62,215 nt of DNA, filler included, from Sphacelaria rigidula (GCA_964200075.2; 4 parts of 4 records of this genome joined end to end with filler, not necessarily neighbours in it); one strand, 5' to 3'. Positions 48,787-61,715 are shown, numbered from the whole stretch's first letter. The notes: generated by a model not told the origin, from the letters alone. A program made the numbers and translations.

Positions 48787-49174
48787 AGCTTTTGTTCAGA
48801 AACCGGTTGACTGCTGAGCTAAAACGGCCAGAGCTGGCTGTTTAGCTCAGCAGTCAACCGGTTTCTTAACAAAAGCTAGCATCTCGGGTTCGAGTTCCTA
48901 CGCAAGCAAAAACCTTCTTCGATGTCGCGTGGGTGCGAACGAAAAACAAAAAGCCAGAGAACTTGAAGTCGAAGTTGAGCACCGGGTGGGATTGAAGCCT
49001 ACCGGTTGAACTTAACAGCGTTGGCTACAGGGATAGCAACCCTGGGATGTGAGTGCTCCGGGTCATGCGACGGACTCACCGAACCTAGCTTTTGTGAAGA
49101 AACTGGTTAACTGCTGAGCTAAACAGCCAGTGCTGGCTGTTGGGCTCAGACGTCTACCGGTTTCTTAACAAAGC
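48787..49174. repeat. Two ~90-bp hairpins (48787-48880, 49086-49174) downstream of the Copia PPT
   Basis: AGCTTTTGT..AGAAACCGGTTGACTGCTGAGCTAAA paired with TTTAGCTCAGCAGTCAACCGGTTTCTTAACAAAAGCT. Confidence 0.8.
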
Positions 49175-49297
49175 CCACTTCTGCGATGATCCTGTCCACA
49201 AAATTGCGTTGTAGTCCAGTGCGTGCTATACGGTACCTGAAAGTGTGGTACAGTAGTAGTAACACCAAAGTAACGGCTGGACGAAAAACTTGCGCAG

Positions 49298-49567
49298 TGT
49301 GACGCCAGCAAGAAGAAGAACTGGTGGATCACTGCTGTTGAAAGTCTTCCCAGTCTCACTGACCTCCGTTGCAGTTGTTAGTCTCCACAACATTTCATTA
49401 TCATGGAGTGCCCTACCAGGTATCAACCTTCTAGACTCGCAGGGTATCATCTCCGTGTCCCGGTCATTGCCCAGAATCCTCCCAGAATCCTCCAGAACCC
49501 CCGTGCTGCTAATTATTATCCAGATCATCACTACCAACTCAACGTAACGGCGATTTGTTTTGTCACA
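49298..49567 (-). repeat. 3' LTR of Gypsy A
   Basis: TG...CA termini; homologous to 61460-61715. Confidence 0.88.
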
Positions 49568-49641
49568 GCACCCTCAAAGCTCGTTGGACGAAATTCGATC
49601 AACAAGCTTGACACATAAAAAACGCCAAAACAACGAGTAAG

Positions 49642-52600
49642 TCACACCTGAATACCGAACTCACTCGTAATGCGAGCAGCAGCAACGGCACGAGTCATGC
49701 GCAATTTACGCATTTCCTTCGTAAGAAATTCCGGAGCGGCCTCAAAAATACCCTTGAAAGGCTCCCACGTACGCTCCGCAACTTCGAAACCAACCGAGTC
49801 GATCAACACGATCAACGAGCGATCGTCTGCTTCTGCCACTCGAACAATACCAGCCATCTGAAACTGCCCCTGATTGAAAGCACGCTGGAACACGTCCTTT
49901 AAGTCAGCCGTAACATTAAGCTGCGAGTCTGCATAAAAACGCAAACGAGCTACGTGGGCGGTCTGAACACGACCCGAAACAATGTTCTAAATCTCAAACA
50001 CGTGCGGGTGATGAGCCCCAACCACTCTCCATGGACCAGTTCACGTCGCCACCAACTTGGGCGTAACGCCCGGACGACGCACGCGTACATACAAGACATA
50101 GTCGCCTACCTCAAATCCGGCAGTCCCAGCACCGCCGAGGACCCCCACGTCTATGCACATGTTCAGCAGCAACACGTTCCTGCACTTGAACGTGTAAACG
50201 TTCTTGCAAGTCCAAGACTCCTTGCAATGCACGCTCAATTTGAACATCGTCCAAAACATCACATTTCCATTCCCCCGACGACGAAAACACCAGCACCGAG
50301 AGAGACGTCCGAGGAGCACGACCAAACACCACGCGGTACGGCGTAGTATCGTCGCGACGACGATACGCTGTATTGAGCGCCCGTTGTACCGCAGGCAACA
50401 CGTCCATCCACGAGTCATCCTACGATAGGGGGGGGGGGTATTTCATTGCCGGAAATATGCTCAAACGTGTGTTAGACGACCTGCCACACTCGCGGTGCGC
50501 TTGTATTTGATTCAAAACGGTGGAAATCGGTATAAACGAGCGTTTTATATCTATAACAAGCTCGTTCGAGCAACCGTTGCTCCTTTCAAGGACGATTTGT
50601 CTTGGAATTTCGTGCAAGAAGTTGCCCAAACCCCCCCCCCCCCTATCGTAGGGTGACTCCCACTCGGAAACCTATTTACGCCGCTAGAGAAGAACGAAGC
50701 GAAGAGCACGAACTACTTCCTCGACCATACGTTCGCACGTACCATTAGGCCACGGAGAATACGCCACCGCAAACTGGTGATCAACGCGCAAAGTCTCTCG
50801 CGATCGGGCCAAGATCGCATTCTTGAAATGCGTGGCGGTATCACTCACCCACACACGCGGCACCCCCAAAATTTTGCATCAAGTCAGCAAATATGCAGCA
50901 GTCGATTCAGCAGTACACACTGCTACTGCTTTCAGAGACATGGAGTTGCAAAAATCATCCATGATTACCAAAATATATCGGAACCCAGCATCCTCCGGCA
51001 GACCTTGGGAAGCTAGCGGGCCACCCTCACCCACGCACAAGAAGTCGCAATGAACGACTTCATTCGGCATGGTCCCATGGACCGTTTCGCCGAGCGGGCG
51101 AGGTACAACATCGCCTGCCCTCGAGTCAGCACAGTGAAAACACTGGCAGACAAACTCGCACACATGAGTTTTTATCCCCTGCTAGACACAAAACTCTTGC
51201 AAGCGCACGAGCGTCGCAACCACACCACGATGCCCGGCGTCGCGCATGTGCGCGCAAATCATCAGACGTACCTGCAACCGCTTGTGAGAATTCGGAATCC
51301 ACGAAACGTTTCGGCCACGCACATGCACACGAAACAGACCTTCATTGTCCAAGATAGCAGTACCAATATCCGACTACAAATGTTGCACATCCGCATCTTC
51401 GGCCCCGAGGTCTTTTCGTTGCGCTTGGCGGACAAGAGAGGTGGATGGCATCGAGTTATCAGGTTCACAAGGACCACATATAGCCACAGCGCGCACAGGC
51501 AAAGCCGGAATATTCACACAACGCGAAAGCAAGTCATCCCACGCGTTACGTTCACCCGAAATATGGAAAATCGAGTAACGATACTGGCCAAGAACAGCTT
51601 TCTAACCCTCCGAACGTTGTGCCAATGCCTTCGACACAGACGTAATGCACGCGTCCGGGTCAAAAATACACACGAGATTTCGGCGATCCGTGAAAATATG
51701 CACGCCATCCCACAAACGATGCTCCAAACAACGAAACGTGCTTACGATAGCGAAACGTTCCTCGTCAATTGCGGCCCAACACAAATGCAAACCCTTGAAA
51801 TTATCACTGAGGAAAGTCAACGGTTCATGCGTCATATCCTCAAACGGCAAGCGTGTCTGCATTTCAACTTTAGGCACCTGCATAACAGAATTACCCCAAT
51901 AGCACTCAGGTGCACTCGGAGACATCAACACCTGACAATCAGGACGAGAATAGAACAGCGTCACGGCATGAGCCACCAGATCCTTCGCTGCCGCCCACGC
52001 CTGCAGCCTGCATTCCATCCGCGATGCAGCCGTCTTCGGAGCCGCCATATCCGGACTGGACCACCCCGCCTGCAAGTTCCGTAACGCCGACCCGAGCGCC
52101 GAAAGAGCCGCCATGCACGACGCCAACCAACTCGACTTCACCCGATCGTACCGCCGCGGCTTCGTGGCGCTCCGCTTTTGAGACGCTGAGGCCTTTCGCC
52201 GCTGCATCCGTCACGCTCTCCTCCAGCGCGACCTTCCGAGCGGACTCCTCTTCAGCCGGAACCACAAACATCTCGGGGACGCGCACTACCAAGCGTTCCA
52301 CCGCCGCATCCCGCTCCTCGGTCAAAGGCGTCCACCGACAGCTCATGCGACGACTGCCCAAAAAGGCGGGCGTCTCCAAGCGTGGGCCAGGCGCAGACAT
52401 CCGCGTCTTCATGGAGTCCCACAACCGCCGAGCGTCGACTCCAAATTCCTGAAGTGTCGGTAATCCTAGAAGAATGGCTCCATCCGACCCCGGCATGATC
52501 GCAAACGGGATCGAAGGCAACGGCCCCGGCCCCCAGGAAGTTGTGAAAACCAACTGCAGCGAAACAGTACGTTCTGTGACGTAAACATGCTGACCCGACG

Positions 52601-53179
52601 CGGTGACGGCCTGCCGCGCCCCGGGCGAAAACGGAATGCGCAGCGACACACCCGGGAGAAGATGCCGCAACATCTCTACAATCTGTACCGACAGGCTCAC
52701 ATGACCCGTCAAGTGGTCGCCAGAGTTCCACTTGGCCCGAACCATAATGACTCCACGCTCCCGTTGATTTGGAAGACACAGCTCCGCAGAAGCGTATTTA
52801 TGTGCAAACTCCACTAGGACTTTATTCGCCGACTGATGCGTCACTAATCCTACTTGACACCACGGCTGCGCAAGCTGCGCAGGTGAAGACGTCGAGGCAT
52901 GTTCAAACCGCACCGCCGGCGGGTACGATCCCCAGCCAGCAGACCAAGAGCTTGGCAAACCTCCGACGAGCGCGTCAGTAGGCGTCGCGCATGGCGCTGC
53001 TGCCGGCGTCGCCACCGGCGTCACCGTCGGCGCCGGTGCAGTGTTCGACACTGTAGAAGTCGGTCCCACCCGCACCGCGCGTTGCGGACCAGCAACACCT
53101 ACGGCGGCGCCGGACCAAGAACCAGACCCATGCTGACGCCGCTGCCCCTGCCCCTGCTGCTGCTGCTGCTGCTGCTGCT
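49642..53179 (-). pseudogene. Gypsy A pol remnant (protease, RNase H, integrase, chromodomain)
   Basis: Frameshifted ORFs collinear with Gypsy B pol. Confidence 0.85.
50412..50659. mobile_element. Sola2-like MITE family 2 inserted in the Gypsy A integrase
   Basis: TIR GAGTCATCCTACGATAGGGG/CCCCTATCGTAGGGTGACTC; perfect TSD CCAC. Confidence 0.92.
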
Positions 53180-53430
53180 TGTAGACTTGTCTGGGATCAG
53201 AACAAGGTCTGAGTGCTTGCTCCAAAGGCTTCCTCCCCAGCAGGGCTTTGGAGACTCCAAGAAAGAGCAGTTATAGAAACAGTTGTCTTCATTAAACCGG
53301 AAGTAAGATTCATGGGCTTTCCTTACGAACACGATGTGTTACGCATGCAATAGTCATCCTCCAACCAATCAATCCAGGATCCACCGCATATTTACATGTT
53401 GCATGTATACTGTAGGCGGACTATTCTACA
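53180..53430 (-). repeat. 3' LTR of Gypsy B
   Basis: TGTAGA...TCTACA. Confidence 0.92.
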
Positions 53431-53712
53431 GCACTCTCAAAAACTTCGCACTACTCGAAGTAGAAAGCGAATTTGACAAAACAGTAGACACCGACAGTAC
53501 CCTACGATGTCAACAAGAGACAAGCATTCAATATCAGACCGCATCAGGTCAAATCACGATGCCCCCCCCCAGTGTAATCCTAAGACACCAGCACGAGCTA
53601 CTCCAACATGTTAGGCAAACGATAGCCAAGCGGTATACTCAACGAACACCAAATTGCATAGTAGAATCCACGGACTACGCCAACAACCAATCACAGCTTG
53701 AATCTCAACCAA

Positions 53713-56700
53713 TCAGAGCTTGAGACCATACTTAGCCAGCAAACGCGCCCGTACCTGCTTTTTTAGTCGCAACTTACGCAATTCAAAACGTACAAACTGC
53801 GGGGCTCCTTCCAAAATGGTTTCCAGTGACTCCCACGAGCTCTCGTCCTTGCCGAAACCTACCCATTCCACGTGTACAACGAACCCATCACCATCTTGAG
53901 CCTCGGACAAGTCAATGATCGCCTCCATTTCGAACTCTCCTTGAGCAAATGCATTCTGGAACACTTCCTTCAGATCCGCAGTGACCTCCAGTTCCTTGTC
54001 CGCGTAGTACCGTAGACGGGCGACATGCGCGTCCTTCACATCTCCATTGACGATATTCTGAATCTCGTACACATGCTGATGCTCCGCTACCACGATTCTC
54101 CACGGTCCTGTCTACGTACTGACGAGTTTCGGCATTGTGCCGGAACGCCTGACTCTCGCAGCCAACACATAATCACCAACCATAAGATTAGGTAACTGTG
54201 CCCTACTGGCAACACGTCGCTGTAACTCATGCGTCTTCTCCACGCGCTGCGCCACCTCCTTATGCAGCTCTTGTTGCGCCTCAACAGCTAAGGCCACATT
54301 CTGCCGCAGCCTGTCTTCATCCAGCACATCAAGTCGCCATTCGCCGCCGGTCAACGAGGCAAATGTCGAAAAACTCGTGCGCGGCGCGCGTCCAAACATT
54401 ACATGGTGGAGGGTACTGGCATATCGTTCGCGGAATACCGTATTCAACGCCCACTGCACCGCAGGCACCAATCCCACCCAATCACCAACATCGCACCGCT
54501 CCTCTTGAAGCATTGCCTTCGGAGTACGGACAACTTCTCTCATCATCCGTTCACACGTCCCGTTGGACCACGTCCCGTTGGCCACCGTGAACCTCCTGTC
54601 CAGTTTCAGCGCCTTTTCCAGCGCTCGCATCACACGGTTTTAGAAATGCGACGCGGTATCACCAACCCTGACCTCCGGTGGGCCCAAAGTTTTGCACCAC
54701 GCCAACGAATGCTGCACCGTCAAGGCAGCAGTGCAAGATTCCGTGGGTTCCAACCACACGAAATTGCTCAGATCTTCCATCATCACCACAATGTACCTGT
54801 ATCCATCGCCTTCGTCCAATCCGCTCTTGCCCAAGGGACCATTCTCACCAACGTAGAGATAATCGAAGTGCATCACCTCATTGGGCCGTGAACCATGAGC
54901 GGTCTCCCCTAGCGGTCGCGGGACCATCTCCCCAGCTTTCGAATCCATGCAGTGTAAGCATTTTTTTACGAAATCGGTAACGTAAGCTTCCATCTGGTAT
55001 CAACAACAGTATTCCTGTAATCGTTGCAATGTGACCACAACCCCGCGGTGGCCTGCCCCCTTCATGTGGGCACACATCATCACACGTGTTTGCCATCCTT
55101 TTGCTTGCGGCGGGATCCACAACACATGCTTATCTGCGACGTGGACGCGAAACAAGCCCTCGCCGTTATTCGAAACGCGCCCAATAGCGGCAGCAAACGA
55201 GGTAGCTCCATCAACCATCACCCCGAACCCTCCGTGAGCCTGCTTTTGAGCTGCTCGAATGTCGTCCTTTGACGGTAGTGTGTCATCCGGCTCACCACTC
55301 GCGAATGCGGCCAGAGCACGAACAGACACCGCCGGGACATTAACCCACCTCGACAGTAAGTCTCCCCAGCAGTTGCGTTCTCCAGAAGACTGCTGCCGAG
55401 ATAGCACCCCCCCCGAACCGGCCAAAAAAGTGCACGGAGACGATGATCATAAATGCCGTGAGAGCTGGTTTCGTGCTGCAAGACGCGACTCATTTGGACG
55501 TTGTAGCTGATTTCGGACAGCTACACGCTTCTCATGTGGGCGAAATTGCTGCAAACAAGCGCAATGGTCGGATCGCAGCCGGTTTGTCAGACGGTCTCCG
55601 GTGCACATTTTGTGGGGGGGCTATCTCGGCATTAGTCAGAAATATGCCTGATGGTGTAATCATACTGTCCGAGCACAGCCTTCCATTGCTCGAGTCTCTT
55701 GGCAGCAGTCTTAGACAACGGTGCCACGCACGCCTCAGGATTAAAAATGAATGCCAAATTACGATGGTCAGGGAAAGTATGCACTCCTCCCCACAGCAAA
55801 TACTCCAACCTTCGGAATATACTCACAATGGCGTAGCCTTCCTTCACCGTAGCCCATCGAACTTGTGCCCCACGAAAAGTCCCACTGAGAGACCCCATCG
55901 GCCCGTGACGCATGTCTTCCACCGCCAGTGGCCCATCCAACTCAGCGACCGGCACCTGTGTCAAAAAACTACCCCAATGTAGATCCGATGCATCTGGAAA
56001 CATCAGCACCTCATACCCCTCCTTCGGATACGACAAAGCGACAGCATCCGCCACCAAATCTTGCGCAGTGTGGCACGCCTGATCCCGCTGAAATATCCAC
56101 GCCGAATCTTCGATATATACGGTTGGACGCCACTCGCTTAGTGCAGCGGACATTTCCCCGCAGATGTTCTTCCAACAACTCACGCAGCGGCTCTACCGTT
56201 TCCGCCACATGCGGTAGAGATGTTCGCAGCCAACAGACAGCCTGTGAAAACTGCATCAGCTCACGCGTCGTACGCGGGCAACACATGTTGGCTAATCCGG
56301 TCAGCCGGTTGTGATCATGAGCAACCTGTCCACCTGAAAAATCCTTCCCACACCAAGTGATCTGCGTACCATAAAACATGCATTTGTGCACAGCAGCAAA
56401 CAGACCAACGTTCTCCAATCGGCCCAAAATCGCACCCAGCGTGCGCAGCAAGTCATCCTCATTGTCCTCCCACCACAAAATATCGTCAACCCATACCTTG
56501 CAGTCGAGCCCAGTCAACAGTCCCATCATTATCTGTCGAAATACCCAGTAGCGTTGAGCACGCCTTGCGGCACCCTCGTGGGGGTGAAAAGTCCGTCGGG
56601 AGTCGCAATGGTGAAACTTTCTTGGGCTTCAGCCGCTAGCGACATGTGTCAGTACCCCTGTAGCATGCCAAACTTCCCAAAACACGATGCACCCAACAAA

Positions 56701-58932
56701 TCGGCCATTTCCGTCTCATGATTCGGCATAACACTGGGAACCTTCTCGAGCTGCCTGTTAACTGCTCTGTAATCACTCACCAGACGATAGCTGCCCTTCT
56801 TGGGCGTAGCCATAGCTGCGCTTGCCCACACCGCCTGGATATTGCAGAAGATCAACCCCAGCATCACCAGCGTAGCCATGCACCCTGCCAACCAGCTCTT
56901 CTTCACTGGAGAGTATGTTTTCGGGCTCGCCTTGACTGCTTTAGCACCCGGTTTGAATCGTACCTGCAAAGGCTCCACGCGAGCAGGCGGGTCGCCTCGC
57001 AACGCTCGTCGAAAAGCATTGGTCCGACGGCCGACAATTTCTCGTAGCTTGCTCACCCCGTTCTCCGACATGCCATCATCCGCCGCAGCTTACACCGCCT
57101 CCTCCAGCGCCACTTTGCGCTCGAAAATCTCTTTCTCTGGTGGCATAAACATATCCGGACCCCGTGACACCAATCGCTCGACAGATGAATCCACCGGTTC
57201 CTCGTGACCGGTCGATTCCTGGACCTCTTCCACGGCGAGACTCACACGATTGCACTCGCGGAACTCAGGCGTCTCGATACCCCGCAAAGAAGAGTATTTT
57301 GCTTGCGCGCATACGCCCAGATCATTATAGATATTGATGCCGATTTTCGCCAGAGTTTTGCTTCCGATAATAACCACATCATCAGCGCCGGGCAAAGTCG
57401 CATACCGGCAGGGCTCAAGCACCACCGGCCCCCAGCTCGTGTGGAGTGCCATACGAACCAGACACGTTTTCGAGTGCATGGTTTTTTCGTTACCGTCAGC
57501 CAGCCTTACCGGGTGTCCACGTGCCATTGAAATGACAATGGACACTCCGGGAAACGCGTTTTCCAACTGGGTCGCCACCCGTTCAGACATAATGGTTATT
57601 CCAGCTCCAGAGTCCATCACAGCCTTGACCGGACAGACTGTCTGTACGGCGGAACCTGGGACAGACAGATCAGCTCGGCAGCGTTGCTGCCTATTTTGCA
57701 CGTCCAAACCCTCGGCCTCCAGCTGTACCACCTCGGAAGCAGTGTGTAAGCCCCGCCACGCCGGTACTGCCGCCGATGTCCACTGCTCAACTGTTGCTGT
57801 CGACGGCGGAGGCTGTACTGTAGAGGCCGGAACAGTCGGCTCGGGCTGCAACGTACTATCAACACCGTTGGTGCCCCCTTGACGACCATTCTCTGGAAAA
57901 ATAGCCCGGGTAGGGGTAGGAACTGGCTCCCGCCCCGCGGAGCTTGCGCCGTTTGCTGTTGTTGTTGCCGCGGCTGTACGTGTCCGCCATCACCACTTCC
58001 GGTAGCTGCAGGCTTGTTTGTCTTCTTACAGTCTTTCCTAAAATAACATTTGTCCCCACACTCGAAACATCCTACGTAATCAGGGCCGGATCTGCGAGAG
58101 TTTCTGGATTTCGACCCGCTATCATCTGATACAACAGTCACGGCTGCGGCGCTAGCTGCCGTCAACAGTTTTTGCTGTCCTTGCGTTCCCACCTCCTTGT
58201 TATTGAGCTGTGGAGCGGATCTGCGCTGTTGATCAACCTCCTCGACAGTTCGCCACAGTTCCGCCACCTCACGAGCGACATCGCATACAAGTTTCGGTTG
58301 CTCTTTCCACCCCCCCGTCATTTGTAGTTTGTTTTGGACTTCAGGTTTGAATTCCGGAGGGATCAGGCCGGCAATCATGGCTCTAGTGATGATGTGTGCC
58401 GGGCCTGGTTTATAGGTACGGTCCATTTCGCGGAAAACACGCCCTGCACCCTCATTTGCCTTGAAACATTCTTGCAAGGCGCTCCACTGTCCTTCCGTTC
58501 GACGCATGGCAGTTGAATCGGATCGTGCAGCAAGTGCCTTTTTACACCGGCTGCGGCCTCAGTTGAATCCATTTCCATTCCTACCCAGCATTCCGCATGC
58601 CGTGCTATCCCTTCCCTAATCCGGGCGTTGGAGAGCTCAGTGCCATCAAAAATAGTGTCCGACAAACAATCTTGTACATGCCGAGACACTAGCTCCTCCA
58701 TGGTCAATAGTGCGCTTTTTACAGTTCGAGTCTTGTTTCGTCGCAGAACAGCCTGTTCGTATTCCTGATCTTTCTGCAGAAACCGTCGCAATACTTGCTC
58801 ACTGAACAAGCGCCCATACTCAGGCGCCATGAGCGATCCCCCCGCAATCAAATTCCTCACATTGAACTTCACCTCTTCGTTGTCCCTCTCCTTGTCAGAG
58901 CTAGACTCCTTGCTCACTTTCGTTCGCGCCAT
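53713..58932 (-). pseudogene. Gypsy B gag-pol remnant
   Basis: Successive frameshifted ORFs 58375-58932, 57617-58507, 57090-57851, 56649-57071, 56011-56529, 55632-56183, 55000-55425, 54640-54993, 54112-54633, 53713-54093. Confidence 0.9.
55388..55637. mobile_element. Sola-like MITE family 3 inserted in the Gypsy B RNase H
   Basis: TIR GACTGCTGCCGAGATAGC/GCTATCTCGGCATTAGTC; perfect TSD AGAA; excision restores RHISGERNCWGDLLSRW. Confidence 0.92.
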
Positions 58933-59061
58933 CTTTCAAACGCTTCCTGCACTCCGTGCTCTGTCGTACCTACCCAGTGTTATTCGACGAGCGTCCTCGC
59001 TATGTTTTTATGGTTCAACGACGCCGTTCAGAAATCACAAGTGTCTTGAGCAAACGTTTAC

Positions 59062-59312
59062 TACAGACTTGTCTGGAATCAGAGCAAGGTCTACGTGCTT
59101 GCTCCAAAGGCTTCCTCCCCAGCGGGGCTTCAGAGATCCCAAGACAGATCAGTTATACAAACAATTGTCTTCATTCAACCGGAAGTATGCTTCATGGGCT
59201 TTCCTTACGAACACGATATGTTACGCATCCAATAGTCATCCTCCAACCAATCAATTCAGGATCCACCGCATATTTACATGTTGGATGTATACTGTAGGTG
59301 GACTACTCTACA
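59062..59312 (-). repeat. 5' LTR of Gypsy B
   Basis: Direct repeat of 53180-53430. Confidence 0.92.
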
Positions 59313-61459
59313 TGCTGCTGCTGGTGAGGACTCGACTGCAACCCTCCACCACCGGAGGATCCGTCGCCGCCACCACCCAGATTACCTCGTCCTTTGCCGC
59401 TGTGCTGACGATGCTGATGGCGCGCGGCATGAAACTGCCCAGACTCTCCACCGGAAGACGTTGGGCAATCGCGCGCGTAATGGCCGACCTGGCCACAATA
59501 GTGGCGAGTGCCCGCCGCATGCCCAGCATGCTTTTTGATCGCCGTAACCATTTGCGACGGGGTGATTGCGCTCTTTTTATGTCCCACACGCGCAAACACT
59601 CTCTGCACATGCGTCGGTACTTGTTGAACCATCGACACTACCTGATGTCGCACTGCACACCCTGCGTTAGCGTGCTTCACAAGCTTTCTGTATTCCGAGT
59701 ACTTCGTATAGAAAGTGCGAAATGCACTCTCGGAGTACCTATCCCCGTATTGGGGAGGTCACAACTCTTCCCGCAAAACCACGGGCGTCCCGCTGGTCGT
59801 ACTACGCGAGCCGGTCCACACGTGGACAGATAGCACCCTGTGGGGCAAGTCTACAGGGTTCAGGGAAACTGTGCAGTGTTTGTCGCGGGGATTTGGCTGT
59901 AGTTTTGTTTTTCGCGCCGCACAGTACGCTCCACAGGGTTTCGTGGCCCCGAGTACGGTCCATTATTGTTAATATGCTGTACAGCCTTTATAGCGCACAT
60001 ACAATATACTCCACACAGGATGGGCATCGTACTAGCTGAAAAAACGGTCGAGAAATTGCAGTGGTAGAAATTGATCTCACGATTTTCAGCCCGGAAACGC
60101 AATCAGGCATACATTGAGCTACCCGATTTGTTGTTGACAACAGCATGTTTTTTGTGCTTTCAATAACTATTGAGCAAAACGTTCCATAAACAAAAGCATG
60201 AGTAAGTGATTTTGTCTTATCATCTAGTTTCTGTTGGTAGACATTGGACCGCGGGATTTTCATAAGCCATGTGGATTCATATGCGAGGTATATACGGTCA
60301 ATCTATCATCCTTACCACGCCTGCAGCGGAAGCGTCGCTTCGAAGCACAGGGGTGTGGACATACACTCGTGAGCAGTGTGTGGGATCTCTATTCAGCAAA
60401 AGCTGTTAAGAATTTATCCTTTAGCCCAATTGGTACATGAACTGGGGGTTAAGAGGATGAATTACTTTCGACAATTTTTCCTGCGTGTCGGATCCCATAC
60501 GCTGATAACGGTGCAATATGCGGGATATGCCCAGCTGACGCTGTTCGCAATAATTCTCTTGTGCCCAATTTCCGGATGAATTGGAGGGCAAAGTAAAGAT
60601 TTAAATCGAGCTTCTTCTGCTGTTCAAATTCCAAATCTGCCAGTGTGCATGGGATTTTTGCAGCAGAAGAAGCTGTTCGAAATAAATACTTTGGTTGCCC
60701 AACTTTAATGGGCGAAAAAAGGATCCATTTTGAATAGGTTCTTCTGCTGTTCGAAACAAATCGTTTTTTTGCCCATATAAAGTAGACGAGAAAATGATCT
60801 GTTTTGAAAAGCTTTTCCTGCTGTCCAAGATGAATTATTTTGTGCCCGATTTGAATCGGGCAAAAACAGGATTTATCTTGGACAATAGAAGAAGCTATTT
60901 AAAATATATAAATTTACAGATTTTGTACCAAATTAATTTGGAATCTTCAAAAAAACAAAAAGATGGAATTTTCAAAATTGGGAGGGCCTCTCCACAGGAT
61001 TGCTTGCAGGGTTTCGAAAAAAACGCTATGCACAATGCTGGTAGAGGAACTAGGGTATGCAAATGCAATGCAGGGTTTCTCACAAAAGACTATGAACAAC
61101 CCCGTGCAGCACGTCCTACAGGTACTATCTGTCCACGTCTGTCGCCATAGCTGTGGCCGGATACCTGCGAACCCTTCGCAGGCCAGTGGACCTTCGCGAA
61201 TTGCCCACTTTCTTGCTTCGTCGCCGCACCACACAGTTGTAGGAGCCTCCAAACTCCCGCTGCACGCAGCTTCAGCAACTCTCCAGTCTGGATCAATCAC
61301 AGGCCAGCCGCCCTTCTGCAGCCGCCTCCGCTGGAACCCTCTCCACGCGTCCGTGGTTTATCACGTTTTCCACAGCTGCTAGACTCCCCCGCCAAAATGC
61401 TCCCAGCAGGTTCCGCTAGGTACTATCTCTAGCACTAACACCTGCACTCATATCGATAG

Positions 61460-61715
61460 TGTGACGCTAACCGGAAGAAGAACTGGTGGATCACTGCTGT
61501 TGAGGACCTCCCCAGTCTTCCTGGCCTCAGTTTCACTTGTCAGCCTTCATAACATTTCATTATCATGAAGTGCCCTACCAGGCACCAACGCAGGTATCAT
61601 CCCCGTGTCCCGGTCATTATCCAAAATCCTCCCAGAATCCTCCGGAATCCCCATGCTCCCAGTCATTATCTAGATCATCACTACCAACTCAACGTGACGG
61701 CGTATTTTCGTCACA
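61460..61715 (-). repeat. 5' LTR of Gypsy A
   Basis: TG...CA termini; homologous to 49298-49567. Confidence 0.8.

Larger units (their letters stand above)
53180..59312 (-). mobile_element. Ty3/Gypsy chromodomain LTR retrotransposon B, full-length but decayed, nested in A
   Basis: 251-bp LTRs 53180-53430 and 59062-59312 (~24 mismatches by eye), TSD TGCT; gag (ATG 58932), protease DSGA, RT (PQG, WVDD), RNase H (DAS), integrase, chromodomain (53713-54093). Confidence 0.93.
49298..61715 (-). mobile_element. Ty3/Gypsy chromodomain LTR retrotransposon A (host), RT core deleted, with nested insertions
   Basis: LTRs 49298-49567 and 61460-61715 (TGTGAC...GTCACA), flanks GCAG/GTAG; gag knuckle CGQVGHYARDC (~59480), protease-like region, RNase H, integrase (VSDTATHF), chromodomain (49642-49944). 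Confidence 0.8.

Noticed and set aside
51050..52084. 344-aa + strand ORF
   Set aside because: Antisense shadow of the Gypsy A RNase H/integrase region
58829..59833. 334-aa + strand ORF
   Set aside because: Runs antisense across gag B, an LTR and gag A; chimeric, with no protein motifs
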